From assembly GCA_963803915.1 (NCBI GenBank), contig CAWDOL010000006.1:131150-195149 (forward strand): DNA of 64,000 nucleotides. Direction: 5' to 3'. Source of the DNA: Candidatus Aminicenantes bacterium. GTDB lineage: Bacteria; Acidobacteriota; Aminicenantia; Aminicenantales; UBA4085. A program made the translations under genes and the position numbers. The notes beneath the pieces are model-generated. The model did not search any database. It saw nothing but the letters and a program-made list of their open reading frames with translations, and had not been told where the DNA came from. The number at the start of each line of letters is the position of its first letter. Position 1 is the first letter of the stretch. Shown here in pieces: positions 27,613-39,900 of this stretch.

Positions 27613-30530
27613 CTAGCTCCCATCGTTCGCCTTTCCGGGAGCTGCGACCATTCGGCCCAGCCGCACCCGGACTTGATGCCGGCCGCCGTCCGCAAGCAGG
27701 GGGACTCTCTGGTCGCTTATAACGCTCCCATCCAAGGTGACCATCTGAACGCCGCGGTTGACTCCCTCGGGATTTTCCACGTCAATCAAAAACGTCGTTT
27801 GGCCCGCCCGGTAGGTGACCTGAAAGCTCGGCCAGGCCTTGGGAATGCAGGGATCGATCCGCAAGGACCGACCCATCCGCCGGATGCCCAGGATCGTCTC
27901 GAGGCCCAGGCGATACATCAGGCCGCTGGAGCCGGTGTACCAGGTCCAGCCGCCCCGTCCGCGGCGCGAGGGCGCGCTGGAGATGTCCGCCGCGATCACA
28001 TAGGGCTCGACCCCGTAGCGTTCCGCCTTGGCCGGCGTATCGGCGTGATAAATGGGGTTGAGCATCCGGAAGAGCGCTTCGGCGCGATCTCCCTGGCCGA
28101 GCCGGGCGAACGCCTCCACCGCCCACGTCGCGGCATGTGTATATTGGGCGCCGTTCTCGCGCACGCCGGGCGGATACCCTTTGATGTAGCCCGGGTCGCG
28201 AGGCGTCCGGTCGAAGGGAGGCGCGAGAAGGAGCAGGAGCTGATCCGGGGCGCTCACCAGCCGGTCGGCGACGGAGGCCATGGCTTGCGCCGCCCGGCCC
28301 GGATCGCCTGCCCCCGACAGGACCGCCCACGACTGGGCGACCGAATCGATTTGGCATTCCCGGTTCGCGGCCGAGCCCAAGGGCGAGCCGTCGTCGTAGA
28401 AGGCGCGCAGGTACCAGGCCCCGTCCCAGGCGCATGCCTCGATGGCTTCGGCCACCTCCCGGGCTCGCCGTCGATCCGTTTCCGCCTGGTCCCGGTTGCC
28501 GCAGAGCTCGTCCAGCTCGGCGAAACGGGCCAACGTCGCGCACAGGAACCATCCCAGCCAGACGCTTTCGCCGCGGCCTTCGACGCCGACCCGATTCATG
28601 CCGTCGTTCCAATCGCCGCATCCCATGAGCGGCAGGCCGTGCACGCCGGCCGGGGCGGCCTTCTCCAGGGCCCGGCGGCAATGCTCCCGAAGAGAGGCGG
28701 GCTCGCGGGCGGTGTCGAACTGGGCGTATCGCTCCGTCTCGCCGGGCGGAAGCGGCGGCCCCTGGCGGAAGGGGATGCGCTCGTCGAGCACGCCGGCATC
28801 GCCGGTCGCCGTCACGTAATGGGCCGCGGCGAACGGCAGCCAAAGGAGATCGTCCGAGAAGCGCGTTCGCACGCCCCGGCCCGAGGGCGGATGCCACCAG
28901 TGCAGCACGTCGCCGGCCTCGAACTGGTGTTGCGCCGCCCGCAGGAGGTGCAGGCGGAAGATGTCCGGCTCGGCGTGGGAGAGGGCCATGACGTCCTGCA
29001 GCTGGTCCCGGAAGCCGTAGGCGCCGGAAGATTGATAGACGGCCGAGCGGGCCCAGATCCTGCAGGCGAGGGTCTGGTAGAGAAGCCAGCGGTTGAGCAT
29101 CAGGTCCATGGCCGGGTCGGGTGTTCGCACCTGCACGGTCTCCAGGCGGTGGTCCCAGCTCTCCGCCGATTGCCGCCAGGCTGCCTCGATCCGGTCGGCC
29201 TCCTGGAAGCGTTCGATACAGCCCAAGGCCTCCGCCCGGTCCGCGCCTTGTCCGAGCAGAAAATGGACTTCCTTCGATTCCCCCGGCCCCAGGTCGACGT
29301 GAAGCTGCAGGGCGGCGCAGGGGTCGAGGCCGGGCCCCACGGTGCTGGCCAGGCCGATCCGGTCGAGCCCGGCGGGGCGGCGAAGGTCGCCCCGGCGGCC
29401 CAGGAATTCGGTCCGGTCGGCCGTCAGGCCGTGGAGCGGTTGGCTAGCGGCGGCGAAGGCGACCCGGCCGCCGAAGTCCGGGTTACCGGGGTTGCGCGCC
29501 AGGAGCGCCTGGTGATCGCTGTCATATTCGGAGACCACGTAGGTCTGGGCGGCGTCGCGCAAAGAGCCCAGGACCCACTCGGCGTAGAACGTCGCGGTGA
29601 TCCGACGCGGACGGTCCCATAGGTTGGCCAAGCGCAGGTGCACGATTTTTACCGGCGCATCCGGCGGCACGAAAAGCCGCAGGCGTTGGGACAACCCGTG
29701 GCTGGCGTGTTCGAAGACCGTGGCGCCGGCGCCGTGGCGGACGAGGTAGGGCGCCTCGGCCCCGCACGGCCCGGGTGTCGGCGACCAGACCTCGGCGGTC
29801 TCCTCGTCGCGTAAATAGACCGCCTCTCCGGCCGGATCGGCGACCGGATCGCCGGACCAGGGCGTAAGCCGGTTCTCGCTGCTGTTGCCGAACCAGGTTG
29901 GGCCGGCGCCCGTCTCCGAGACCAGGAAGCCGAAGTCGGGATTGGCGACGACGTTGATCCAGGGAGCGGGCGTCCGCCGGCCCGGCTCGAGATAGACGAT
30001 GTACTCGCGCCCGTCGGGACTGAACCCGCCCAGGCCGTTGTCGAAAAGAAGATTGACGGGCCGTGGGATCGGAGGGGTGATCTCCGGCCCGCCTGGCCCC
30101 GGCATGGGAACGAAGACCGGCAGCTCGGCCGGGCTCCGGTCAAGCTGCCTCAGCTGGCCGGCCAACGGTCCCTCCGAACCCGAGAGCACGACGCGGGCCG
30201 CGGTCTCCAGCGTGATCCGGTCGTCCGGGCTCATCTGATCGGCGTTCAGGGCGAAGAGGCTCCCCGCCGGATGGAATCCCGGCGTGCAGTCGTGGCGGAT
30301 GAAGACGCGCTGCAGCTGGGCGCGAAGATCCTTCCCGTAGGTCGTCGCCTGCAGATTGAGGATGACCAGGTCGATGGGCAGCCCCCGCCGTCGCCAGTAG
30401 AGGTGCGCCTGGAGTGCCTGCCGGACCAGAGGCAGGTCTTCCGCAGCATCCAGCCGGACCATGAGGATGGGGTGATCGCCGGAGATGCTGAACGGCCACA
30501 GCCCCGGCTGTCCGCGGCGATTGGCCTTCA
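27613..30530 (-). pseudogene. cgs: cyclic beta-1,2-glucan synthase, fragment 4/4 (C-terminal GH94-like phosphorylase/cyclase region)
   Basis: ORF 27613-30462 (949 aa); its frame stays open upstream to ~30530 (...QTLKANRRGQPGLWPFSISGDHPILMVRLDAAEDLPLVRQALQAHLYWRRRGLPIDLVILN). It carries GH94-type motifs: AYGFRDQLQDVMAL, MGCGDWNDGMN, GGWTWYTGSSGLMYR. Confidence 0.85.
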
Positions 30531-31285
30531 GGGTCTGCGGCGTCGGCCCGCAGGGCGGCCCGAGGATAGATCAAGGCCGACAGCAGCTGGTCGAACTGTT
30601 CCAGATCGGTCACCGTCAGAGCCGACTTCGTCATTTCGGTCTCGGCCGCGACCCGGGCCTGCTCGAAGGCCCTTTCGATCGTCGCGGCGTCCCGGTAGCG
30701 CTGTGCGAGGGCCAGGGCTTGGCCGCGGGAGCGTGCCGCCACCGTCAGGAAGCTGACCTGGGCCGAGGCGTGCGGCGGAAGCAGGAAGCTCTGGCTGAGC
30801 GCCATGATCGGGTCCAGAGTGGCTCCGGCCGTACCTGTCAACGCTCCGCCCGGCGCCAAGGCCGCCGGCGCGCGCGGCGTTCCGCCGCGCCCCAGGAAGG
30901 GCGTCCGGTCGGTCTCCCAATCCCCTTGGGACGTCTGCCCGGGGGAGACGATGGCCGTGTGGACCAGGCAGACCGGCTCCTCGTCCCCCGAGCGGGACCG
31001 GCGGCGGAAAAGCAGCCCGTTCAAGTCCGGAAGACGTTCGCTTTCGATGAAAAGGCCGTTGTAGGCGCGCTGGCGGGCGTCGGCGGCTTGCCGGGCCAGG
31101 ATGATCTCGCCGTAGCTCGTCAGGGCGATCCGCCGCGGGCCGTCGCCGTGATTGGTCAGAGAGAGGCGGCGAATTTCGACGTCGTCGTCCGGCGCGACGG
31201 CAATCTCCATGGTCAGGCCGAGGCCATGATCGCCGCGCTGGAAGACGGCCATATGGGGATGGAACCGCACCGTCTGGCTTGGGGA
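30531..31285 (-). pseudogene. cgs: cyclic beta-1,2-glucan synthase, fragment 3/4
   Basis: Meaningful part of ORF 30140-31270: RFHPHMAVFQRGDHGLGLTMEIAVAPDDDVEIRRLSLTNHGDGPRRIALTSYGEIILA...LLSALIYPRAALRADA. Frameshifts lie at ~31280 and ~30530. Confidence 0.75.
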
Positions 31286-32400
31286 CGGGACCGGCCGTCG
31301 GCTGATCGGCGGCCGACCAGACCTCGCGGGTCTCGAGATCCCGGCAGTAGATCCAGGTGCCGCATTCTTCCCGGGTCGTGTCGGCCCGCCAGCGCGTCAG
31401 GTCGAGGCCCTTCCAACGGCTGAAGCCGGCGCCTCCGTTCGTGATCAGCACGCTGTAGCTCCCGTTGGACAGGACATGGACCTGCGGGGCGGGCGACCGG
31501 GCCGGAACGGTCCAGGGGATCGCTGCCGCCCGCCGTCGAATGGATGCGCGGCGGCCGCCGCGGCCGTCTTCCGGCCTGACGGCTTCGAGCGGCGCGTCGG
31601 CGGGGACCTTCTCCTGCAGGAAGAACTCGATGCTCCGGACGACCGGATCGGCGTGGAAGCGCCGGGCCATGATGCCGTCCTTCAGGTAATTGACCAGGGA
31701 CAGAAGGATCATCCCCTGGTGATGGGCCATGTAGCTGCGCACGACGGCCCGGGTTTGACCCGGCGGAATTCGGGCCGGCGAGAAATCGACGGCTTCGTAG
31801 AAGCCGTGCGGCCCCATCAGTCCCATTCCGGCCAGGCGAGCCAGGTTCTTGAAGACCCGGCGGGGCCGAAGCGAGAGCGCCAAAAGCGAGGCGTAGGGCG
31901 ACACGACCAGATCATCGGTCCGACGCCGAATGATTCCCAGCTCGGGCACCCCGAAGGCCTGGTACTGGTAGTTTTGATCCGCGTCAAAGGCGAAGTAGCC
32001 CGACTCGGAAATACCCCAGGGGATCTTCTTGCGCCTGGCGTAGGCGATCTGCCCGTCCACGGCGGCCAGGCCGCTGCGCTCCAGCAGCGTGCCGGGGTAG
32101 CTGCGGATGAGCAGGGCGGGCATCAGATACTCGAACATCGTTCCGCCCCAGGACAGCAGCGTGTGCCGTCCGTCCGTCCGGGTCAGGGGACGGCCCAGGT
32201 GCACCCAGTGACCGGCCGGAACCTCGTTCCGGGCGATGGCGATGATGCTGGCGATCCGAGCCTCGGAAGCGAGGAGGTCATAGTGGTTTTCGTCCAGGCG
32301 TTCGGAGGAGACGTTGTAGCCGATGTGGAACAAGTGCCGCCGTTTGTCGTAGAGGAGACGGAAGTTCATGGCCCGGACATGATCGGCGGCCTGCGCGCCG
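31286..32400 (-). pseudogene. cgs: cyclic beta-1,2-glucan synthase, fragment 2/4 (central glucoamylase-like linker region)
   Basis: Meaningful part of ORF 30528-32474: MNFRLLYDKRRHLFHIGYNVSSERLDENHYDLLASEARIASIIAIA...WGISESGYFAFDADQNYQYQAFGVPELG...SYMAHHQGMILLSLVN. A frameshift near 32400 joins it to fragment 1. Confidence 0.8.
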
Positions 32401-35400
32401 CCTCGGCGAAGGCGCTCAGCAGATTCTCGGCCGTCGTCCGTGCGATGGAGAGCCGAAGGGAGAGGCGCCCGCACCAGGCCTGGGTTTCGGAGTCGAGGCC
32501 GGGGATCCCGCTGAGCCGCCGCAGGTTCGCCGCCGCGGCCTTGCAGACGGGGCCGATTTCCTCAAGCCGGGGCGACTTCGGGAAGCCGGCCCGCAACGCC
32601 CGCCAGGCTTCGCGGATCGCGTGCTCTTCCCCGGGGCGAACGGCCGCCGGCGGCGGACTGGCCAGCGCGGCGAGCCAGGGCGTCAACGTTTCGATCTCCC
32701 GCTGGATGCCGACCAGATGTTGGCGGGTCCGGTCGGCGGCGAGTCCGAGCCTTTCGAGCGTCCCGGCGTCCATGACCTCGGCGCGAGAGGCGACCAGCGC
32801 CATCATGGTCCGGTTGAGCTCGTCCCAAGGCTCGCCGATCAGCCGGTTCGCCAGGGCCGGCCAGGCTGCAGGTTCGTCGCGCGCCGCGGCGACCTGGCGG
32901 CGCAGGCCGGACAGGAGGGAGCGAAGAGGGGCGGCCGCCTCGGCGGGAAGCGTCGGACCCAGGTCGTCGAAGAGGCCCAACGTATCGAGCAGGCCGTCCC
33001 AGGCCTCCCTTCGGGGTACGACCTGTCGGGGCAGGGCCCGACAGCCCTGGGCCAGGGCCAGCAGGCAGGCGGCCAAGTTGCCGCTGTCGACCGTGGATAC
33101 GTAGCGGGGCGCCAGCGGCTCGAGCGTCCGGGTGTCGTACCAGTTCAGGAAATGACCGCGGTGCTTTTCCAGACGGGCCAGTCCCTCGAAGGTCGCGCGC
33201 AGGCGGGCCGCCAATTCGGTCGGGCCGAGGTGGCCCAGGTCGTGTGCGGCCAGCGTCGCCAGCAGGAACAGACCCACGTTCGTCGGCGACGTGCTGTGGA
33301 CGACGGCGCCGCGCGGCGATTCCTGGAAATGGTCGGGAGGAAGCCAGTGATCCTCGGGTCCGACGAACTGCTCGAAGTAGGACCAGGTCCGCCGCGCCAG
33401 CCGGCGGAGCTCGGCGGTCTCGGCGGGAGAGGGACGGTCGGGGGCATGTTCGATCGGGCGGCTGATCCACCAGGCGATCAGCGGCGCCAGCAGCCAGCCC
33501 GACAGGAGGGGAGCGGACGCGGCCAGCGCGGCGGGGCGGATGCGGAGGATCAGCCCGGCCAGGGCGCCGACGGACAGAAGTGCCGCGAGGACGTGGGGCA
33601 CGGTCACCCTGCCCGAAGAGGCGCGGACCGTCTCGGCGTAGGAGGTCCATTGCAGGAGATGCATCCGGGTGACGAACAGGCGGACGAGCGTCGTGGCGAC
33701 GCCCCTGAGGGTGAGCCAGGCTTCGTAGAGAAGGAACACCAGCGCCAGCCCCCAGCGCGCCAGCCCGGTGAGGAGAGGGCGGGCCAGGTTCCGGCTAGGG
33801 CTTCCGCCCACGGCTCGGGCCCACCCCTCGGCCAAACCGGTCAGGGAGGGGACGGCCAGAGTCATCGCGGCGGCGAGCGTCCAGAGGACAGGAGAGCCGG
33901 GCAGCCAGAGCCACCCGGAGGCCAGCAGCGCAAACAGGGCCGGAGCCAGCAGGCTGCGCCGCAGATTGTCCAGGATCTTCCAGCGGCCGATGACGGAGAG
34001 ATCGTTGGACATCGTTCCCTTGCCGACCGCGGGCACCCGCGGCAGGAGCCAGGGCAGCAGCTGCCAATCGCCGCGAATCCAACGGTGCGCCCGGCGCAGG
34101 AAGACGAAGTAATGCGGGGGATAGTCCTCGTAGAGGGCGACGTCGGTGACCAGGCCGACGCGGCCGTGCAGGCCCTCGATCAGGTCATGGCTCAGGAGAG
34201 CATTTTCCGGCATCCGGCCGGCCAGACTCCGCTCGAAAGCGTCGACCTCGTAGATGCCCTTGCCGACATAGCTGCCTTCGCCGAACAGGTCCTGATAGGC
34301 GTCGGAGACCGCCCGGGAGTAGAGGTCGAACCCCACGTCGCCGGCGAAGATGCGGGTGAACCGCGAGCGGTTGACGCTGGTGGAGGTGATCTCGATCCGG
34401 GGCTGCAGCAGCGTATATCCGGCGATGACGGCGCCGCTTTGAGGGTCGAAGGCGGCCCGGTTGAGCGGGTGGGCCAGGGTGGCGACCAGGCGATGGGCGG
34501 CCTCCCTCGGCATCAGGGTGTCGGCGTCCAGGGTGATGACATAGCGGATTTCCGGCAGGACCTCCCGGTCGCCGGTCAGCACGCTGAAGGCGGTTTCCGC
34601 GCCGCCGCGCAGCAGGCGATTGAGCTGGTGCAGCTTGCCCCGCTTGCGCTCCCAGCCCATCCAGCGCTCTTCGCTCGGGTTCCATCGGGAATCGCGGTGA
34701 AAGAGGTAGAAAGGCCCCGACGTCTCCCGCCGGTAGCGTGCGTTGAGCGCTCGGATGCCTTCGCTCGCCTGCGTCACCCGCGGATCGGAGCCGGAGGGGG
34801 GCGGATGCGGGGTGTCGGGCAGATCGGTGAGCAGCCCGAAATACAGGTGGTCGTCCTGGCTTCGCAGATAATGGAGCTCCAACTGCTGGAGGAGGGACTT
34901 GACCTCGGCGGCATCCGACAGCAGGGAGGGGACGACCACCAGGGCCTTGAATTCGGCGGGGATGGCCTCCTCGAAGTCCATCTTGGGCAAGACGCGCGGC
35001 GGGAAGGTCAGGGTGATGATCCAGTTGACCAGGCCGACGGAGACGGTCAGCGCCGGGACGAGCAGCAGCAGGCCGACGGCCAGCGTTTGCCGGGTGCTTC
35101 CGCCGGCCGCCCGGACCGCGAGCAGGCCGCCGAGCAGGCCGGCCAAGGTCAGGGTTGCGATGCTCACGAGGTAGACGGGAGCGGGATGATTCCGGGCGCG
35201 GCGTCGTAAGCGGACGCGTCGCGTCGCGCGGCAGCCCAGGCCCTCTTCGAGCCCGGGGCGGCCTTGGTCGATCAGATAGAAGCCGACATGCGATGCGCCG
35301 GGCGGCGCGGAAGCCGAAGGGGCGCGGGCCATTTCGATCGCCAGACGCGCCACCGAGGGTTCGTCGCGTCCGGCGGCCCGGGCCAGGGTTTCGACCACCC

Positions 35401-36046
35401 CCCGATAGCGGTTCCTCGTCTCTCGATCCATGCCGGCGTAGACGCCGGCCGGATCTCCCCGCAGGATCCGCTCGACTCCGCTGACCCCTTCGAAGAAGGC
35501 CAGCCAGTTCAGGTTGGCCAAAAACCGCAGGCTGGTGATGCAGTCGGCGATGGTCTCCTCGCCGGCGGCCGCGGGTGTCGAAGCCGGCGCGGGAAGCAGG
35601 GGGGACGGGGGAATTCCGGTCAACCGGCCGAGACTTTGGGCCAGAAGCTCGATCAGCCCGAGCCGGAGCATCACCGGGAAAGCCCATAGCTCGCCCGTCG
35701 TCAGGCCCGCGAATTGCTGGTAGAGGAGGATGAAGCGCTTGAGGGGCGGCAGGGCAAGCTTGGCCCGGCGCATGGCGATCAGCTTCTCCGCGGCGGCCAA
35801 GATGCGCGGAAAGCCCGGCTTCCGGCGCGACCCCAGCCTCGGCAGCTGGCGGTAGAAGGACGACGGCATCTCCTCACGGATCAGGCGGCAGGTGCGCTGG
35901 ACCAGATAGTCGTTGTCCAACAGCCATTCGCCGGCCTCGGAGAGGGGCAGGGTGGAGGACTCGGAGCGCAGTCGCCGCGTCGCGGCTCGAAAATACTCCT
36001 CCCGGTCCCGCAGGTAGCGGGGCAGAGGGAAGGATGGCGCGGCCAT
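32366..36046 (-). pseudogene. cgs: cyclic beta-1,2-glucan synthase, fragment 1/4 (N-terminal TM + GT84-type glycosyltransferase + TM region)
   Basis: 1226-aa ORF. It has multiple TM helices and a glycosyltransferase core: ALVVVPSLLSDAAEVKSLLQQLELHYL, ITLDADTLMPREAAHRLVATLAHPLN, LLQPRIEI, GKGIYEVDAFE, LSHDLIEG. Summed with fragments 2-4 it gives ~2810 codons, the size of Cgs/NdvB/ChvB. Confidence 0.85.
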
Positions 36047-36049
36047 CCC

Positions 36050-37000
36050 CTAGGGCCTCCCGATTTCGCCGCCGGACTCCGGTAACGGGCCGGATGCCGG
36101 CGCATCCTGTTCCTGCAGGACGACCAGCGGCGTTGTGCCGTAGGCCAACATATGACCGACCACGTCGCCGCCCAGCTTACGGCCCCGGCTCGAGCCTCCG
36201 GGCGCGCTGAGCAGCACCAGATCAGCCCTTTCCTTCTCGATCAGCTCCTGCAGCGCCGCGGCCGTGTGGTCGCTGAGCAGGACGCGGGTCTCGATGCTGC
36301 CGGCCAGGCGTGACCGGAGCTGGTCCAGATACCGGACCGCATCCGCCTGATTGTGCTCCGCGAGCCGGTCCGCGAGCCCGGCATCCTCGCGGCTGGGAAG
36401 GGTCCGCCGGGGCACGTCCGGCTTCCGGACGATGTGGACCAGCACGATCTGGGCCGAATGGGCGCCGGCCAGGAAGGCGGTGGCGGGCAGGATGGACTCG
36501 GCGCGCTGGGTTCCGTCCATCGGGACGAGTATGCGCCGGTAGCGCAGGCCGGCCGGGTCCGGCGCCGCGGGCCCGGCCGCCCGCACAATCATCACGGAAG
36601 TCCGCGCCCGCAGGGCGATCTTGCGGACGACACCGCTGACGCCCCAATCGCTCAAGCCGCTCTGCCCGTGGCTGCTGAGAATGATCAGCTGGGCGGCGGA
36701 TGCGTCCGAAAACCCGATGACCTGCTCGGCCGCCGATCCTTCCAGGATGTGGATCTCCGAAGGCACGCCGTCGGCTTTCAGGCGTCGCTCCAATCCCTGG
36801 AGGTACGTCCGAACCTCCGCTTTCCGGATTTCCCAATGCAGGGGATCCATGGCCCTCCGCCCGCTCGCTTCCCGTGACGTCTCGAGTACGTGCAGGAGCG
36901 CGACTCGTGAGGAGAAGGCCCTGGCGATGGCCACTGCGTGCGGCATGACGCATTCGGCGAGCGAAGAACGGTCCAGGGGGAGGAGAATTTGGTTGAACAT
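36050..37000 (-). CDS. tandem universal stress protein (2 x UspA domains)
   Basis: Start MFNQILLPLDRSSLAE at 37000. Both halves show the Usp pattern (ILLPLDRS...LHV..., IILSSHGQSGL...GSV; ILVPMDGT...VHIV..., LVLLSAPGGSS...G.V). The stop lies 3 nt before the cgs ATG (36046). Confidence 0.8.
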   Translation of the reverse strand: MFNQILLPLDRSSLAECVMPHAVAIARAFSSRVALLHVLETSREASGRRAMDPLHWEIRKAEVRTYLQGLERRLKADGVPSEIHILEGSAAEQVIGFSDASAAQLIILSSHGQSGLSDWGVSGVVRKIALRARTSVMIVRAAGPAAPDPAGLRYRRILVPMDGTQRAESILPATAFLAGAHSAQIVLVHIVRKPDVPRRTLPSREDAGLADRLAEHNQADAVRYLDQLRSRLAGSIETRVLLSDHTAAALQELIEKERADLVLLSAPGGSSRGRKLGGDVVGHMLAYGTTPLVVLQEQDAPASGPLPESGGEIGRP

Positions 37001-37580
37001 AGGATCTTCCTTTTTTCGCGATCCGAACATCAATTCCGCGGCCCGGGAGATCGGCGGTCCGGATGATCCGGTCCGTGCGGAGCCTACGGCAGGTTCGCCG
37101 CCGCATTTCCGCCGTTTTTGGGCGACCCCCGTCCCAGCCCCTTCCCGGTTGGCGTCAAGGGCCCACAACTATACAGCTGATCATATTGCCGGATTCATGC
37201 CAAACTCCGCCCCGCCAGCGGCGGCGAAAAGCCTCCGTCCGCCGGATAAAGACCGACGGCCCGGCCCATCGGGCCAGTCCCCTTTCTGGGAACTGTCCTA
37301 TCCCAAAGGATTTTTCTTGTTAAAGAGCATTGGATCGGCCGGGCTTCGCCGGGCCAATCCGGGATGAGGGATTGAGCGGGCAAACTGAAATTCCGGAAAA
37401 ATTCCTTTTTTTGAGAACTTCCGGATGCCCGACGGATGAGCGGCCCGTCCTTCTCTTCGGCTTTCTCTCGAGATGGGTGTCGGGTGGCCGCGGAATTCGG
37501 GTTGGCATGTTTCTTGAAGCGGTATTGGGTGGGCCCGGGGGCGCGGGAGCGGGAAGGATTCCGTCGAAGGAGAGATATTC

Positions 37581-38192
37581 ATGAATCGCAAGATCCAAGT
37601 CGGATTGGCGGTTGTGCTGTTCTTATTCGTTTCCGGGGCCGCCCTGTTCGCGCAGGACGTTCTGATGAACTCGGCCGAGACGATCAACCAGGGCAACCTC
37701 AAGCTGGCCCTTTTCCCGACCGTGCTGTTCGGCAAGAACGGCGGGGAGTCGCTCTTCGGCCTGGCCGGGCGTTTCGGCTACGGCTTGACCAAGAGCGTTG
37801 ACATCGAAGCCAAGGCCGCGGTCTTCCAAGGCCTCCGGTATTTCGGAGCCGATATCGAGTATTGGTTCCTCAAAGGCGAGAACTTCAATGGCTCGGCGGC
37901 CTTGGGAGGCCATCTGACGGATGCGCGGAATGAGGCGGACAGCTCCGGCATCGATGCGGCGCTCCTCTTCAGCACCCGGCCGGCGGAAAAGCTGGAGATT
38001 TACGGCGGGCTCAAGGCGGCCTTCGATTCCATCAAGAACGAGAATCGGAGCGTCACCCGGCTTCATCTCGTGCCGGGGATCGAATACCGGATCAGCAGTG
38101 ACCTCGACTTACTGGCCGAAGTCGGCATCGGGCTCAACGACTTCTCCCGCAGCTACGCCAGCGTGGGATTGTCGCTGTATCTCTTTCGATGA
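37581..38192 (+). CDS. small outer-membrane beta-barrel protein
   Basis: Signal peptide MNRKIQVGLAVVLFLFVSGAALFAQ. Alternating beta-strand pattern. C-terminus ...ASVGLSLYLFR with the aromatic residue penultimate. Confidence 0.6.
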   Translation: MNRKIQVGLAVVLFLFVSGAALFAQDVLMNSAETINQGNLKLALFPTVLFGKNGGESLFGLAGRFGYGLTKSVDIEAKAAVFQGLRYFGADIEYWFLKGENFNGSAALGGHLTDARNEADSSGIDAALLFSTRPAEKLEIYGGLKAAFDSIKNENRSVTRLHLVPGIEYRISSDLDLLAEVGIGLNDFSRSYASVGLSLYLFR

Positions 38193-39862
38193 GCCAAGGC
38201 CCGCCCTCGCCGCGGCGGCGGGGGCGGGGGAGAACGAAGAAATCGGAGGTCCGCATAGGGAACACCGTGAGGCAAGCCGACGGCCCGATTATAAGCCGGT
38301 TTCGACGGAGGCCGGTACGGACGGCCGCGGCTTGCTGGGTCGGATTCTTCTGCCTCGGGTTTTACGTCTTTGGGGGATTCCAAGCGGGGAGCGTCGATTC
38401 GCCGCAGCCGCCGCAGGGGGAACCGCCCCGGGCCGCGTACGCTGCGGGCTTCAGCCTCGCTGCCGCCGTCTCGGAACGGGCCCCCGGGGCGAAAACCCGC
38501 CTTGGGGCCTCAACGGACTATTTCCAACATCAGCCCTTCAGCCCGGAGGCGGTTCGCCTGAGGGATGACGATCCCGCGTTCAACAAGAGAGCGTCGCCCT
38601 GGTCGGTCGCCCTCAAGGTGGCTGCCTCGAACCTCCTGACCTGGTCCATGGACCGGTTCGTATTCGCTTATCCCTGGGCTCGCGTCGGGCCGGCGAGCTG
38701 GAAGAACAATTTCCAGAAGGGTTGGGAGTGGGATATCGACGCCTTCAATACGAACTTCTTCTTCCATCCCTATTCCGGAGGGGCCTTTTTCCAGTCCGCC
38801 CGGGCCAACGGATACGGCTACTTCGCATCCGTCCCGTTCGCCTTCATGGGCAGCCTGATGTGGGAGTACCTTGCGGAGACGAATCTCCCCGCCTACAACG
38901 ACATCATCAACACGACCGTGAGCGGCGCGCTGTACGGGGAGATCCTCTACCGGCTCAGCTCGATGCTCCTGGACGACCGGACGACGGGGGCGGAAAGGTT
39001 TTTCCGGGAGTTCGGAGCCCTGCTGCTCAGCCCCGGCAGGGCTTTCAGCCGGTTCGTGCAGGGCAAGATGAAGAGGGTCACGAAGAAGGAGATCTACCAG
39101 AAAGAGCCGCTCAATGTCACCGTAACGACGGGAGCGCATTGGTTCAACCAGGGCACGAGCTTTGCAACGGGCAGCCTGAGCGCCAATTTCAGCGTCCATC
39201 TGGACTACGGCGATCCCTTCGAGATCCGGCCCCGCAAGCCGTTCGACTTCTTCAAGCTGCGGACGGATTTGAGCTACGGAAAAAACGTCGGCAAGAGATA
39301 CCTGGACAATTTCATCGGCTATGGGCTCCTCTTCGGGAAGACCTTCCACTCCGGGAGGCTGGACCTGCTGGCGGGCGCCTTTCAACACTTCAACTACTGG
39401 GACAGCAAGATCTTCCAGGTCAGCACGCTGGCCTTCGGAGGCGGGCTCATCGCCCGCTGGCGCCTGTCCGAGGCTTCCAACGTTCAAACTGCCTTCCATC
39501 TCGGGCTCATCCCCCTCGGCGCCAGCGATTCGCCCTACATCGATTTCGTGGAGGAGGGGGTCCATGTCCGCAACTACAACTACTCGGGCGGCGGAGAAGC
39601 CAAGATCGAGTGCACCCTGAACCTGGCCCAGGCGGGACAGATCACGGCGATCTATTATTTCTATCGGCTGTTCCATTTCGTCGGCCCGGCCGGGCACAAG
39701 AACATCATGGTCTTCAAGCCGCGCCTGGCCGTCAAGCTGATGGATAATCTCAGCCTGGGGTTCGAGTATCTGATCTACCGCAAGGATGAGCTTTATCGGG
39801 ATCTGACGGATGTTCATAAGCACAACAGCGAGCAGAAGCTGTATCTGCTCCTCTACTTCTGA
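38189..39862 (+). CDS. DUF3943-like protein (start uncertain)
   Basis: ATGA overlap with the upstream stop. The central block WEWDIDAFNTNFFFHPYSGGAFFQSARANGYGYFASVPFAFMGSLMWEYLAETNLPAYNDIINTTVSGALYGEILYRL matches my recollection of DUF3943. The C-terminal half looks beta-barrel-like and ends LYLLLYF. Confidence 0.55.
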   Translation: MSQGPPSPRRRGRGRTKKSEVRIGNTVRQADGPIISRFRRRPVRTAAACWVGFFCLGFYVFGGFQAGSVDSPQPPQGEPPRAAYAAGFSLAAAVSERAPGAKTRLGASTDYFQHQPFSPEAVRLRDDDPAFNKRASPWSVALKVAASNLLTWSMDRFVFAYPWARVGPASWKNNFQKGWEWDIDAFNTNFFFHPYSGGAFFQSARANGYGYFASVPFAFMGSLMWEYLAETNLPAYNDIINTTVSGALYGEILYRLSSMLLDDRTTGAERFFREFGALLLSPGRAFSRFVQGKMKRVTKKEIYQKEPLNVTVTTGAHWFNQGTSFATGSLSANFSVHLDYGDPFEIRPRKPFDFFKLRTDLSYGKNVGKRYLDNFIGYGLLFGKTFHSGRLDLLAGAFQHFNYWDSKIFQVSTLAFGGGLIARWRLSEASNVQTAFHLGLIPLGASDSPYIDFVEEGVHVRNYNYSGGGEAKIECTLNLAQAGQITAIYYFYRLFHFVGPAGHKNIMVFKPRLAVKLMDNLSLGFEYLIYRKDELYRDLTDVHKHNSEQKLYLLLYF

Positions 39863-39900
39863 CCGGTGCAGCCGGAAGGAAATGGAAAAGGGAAATTAGG

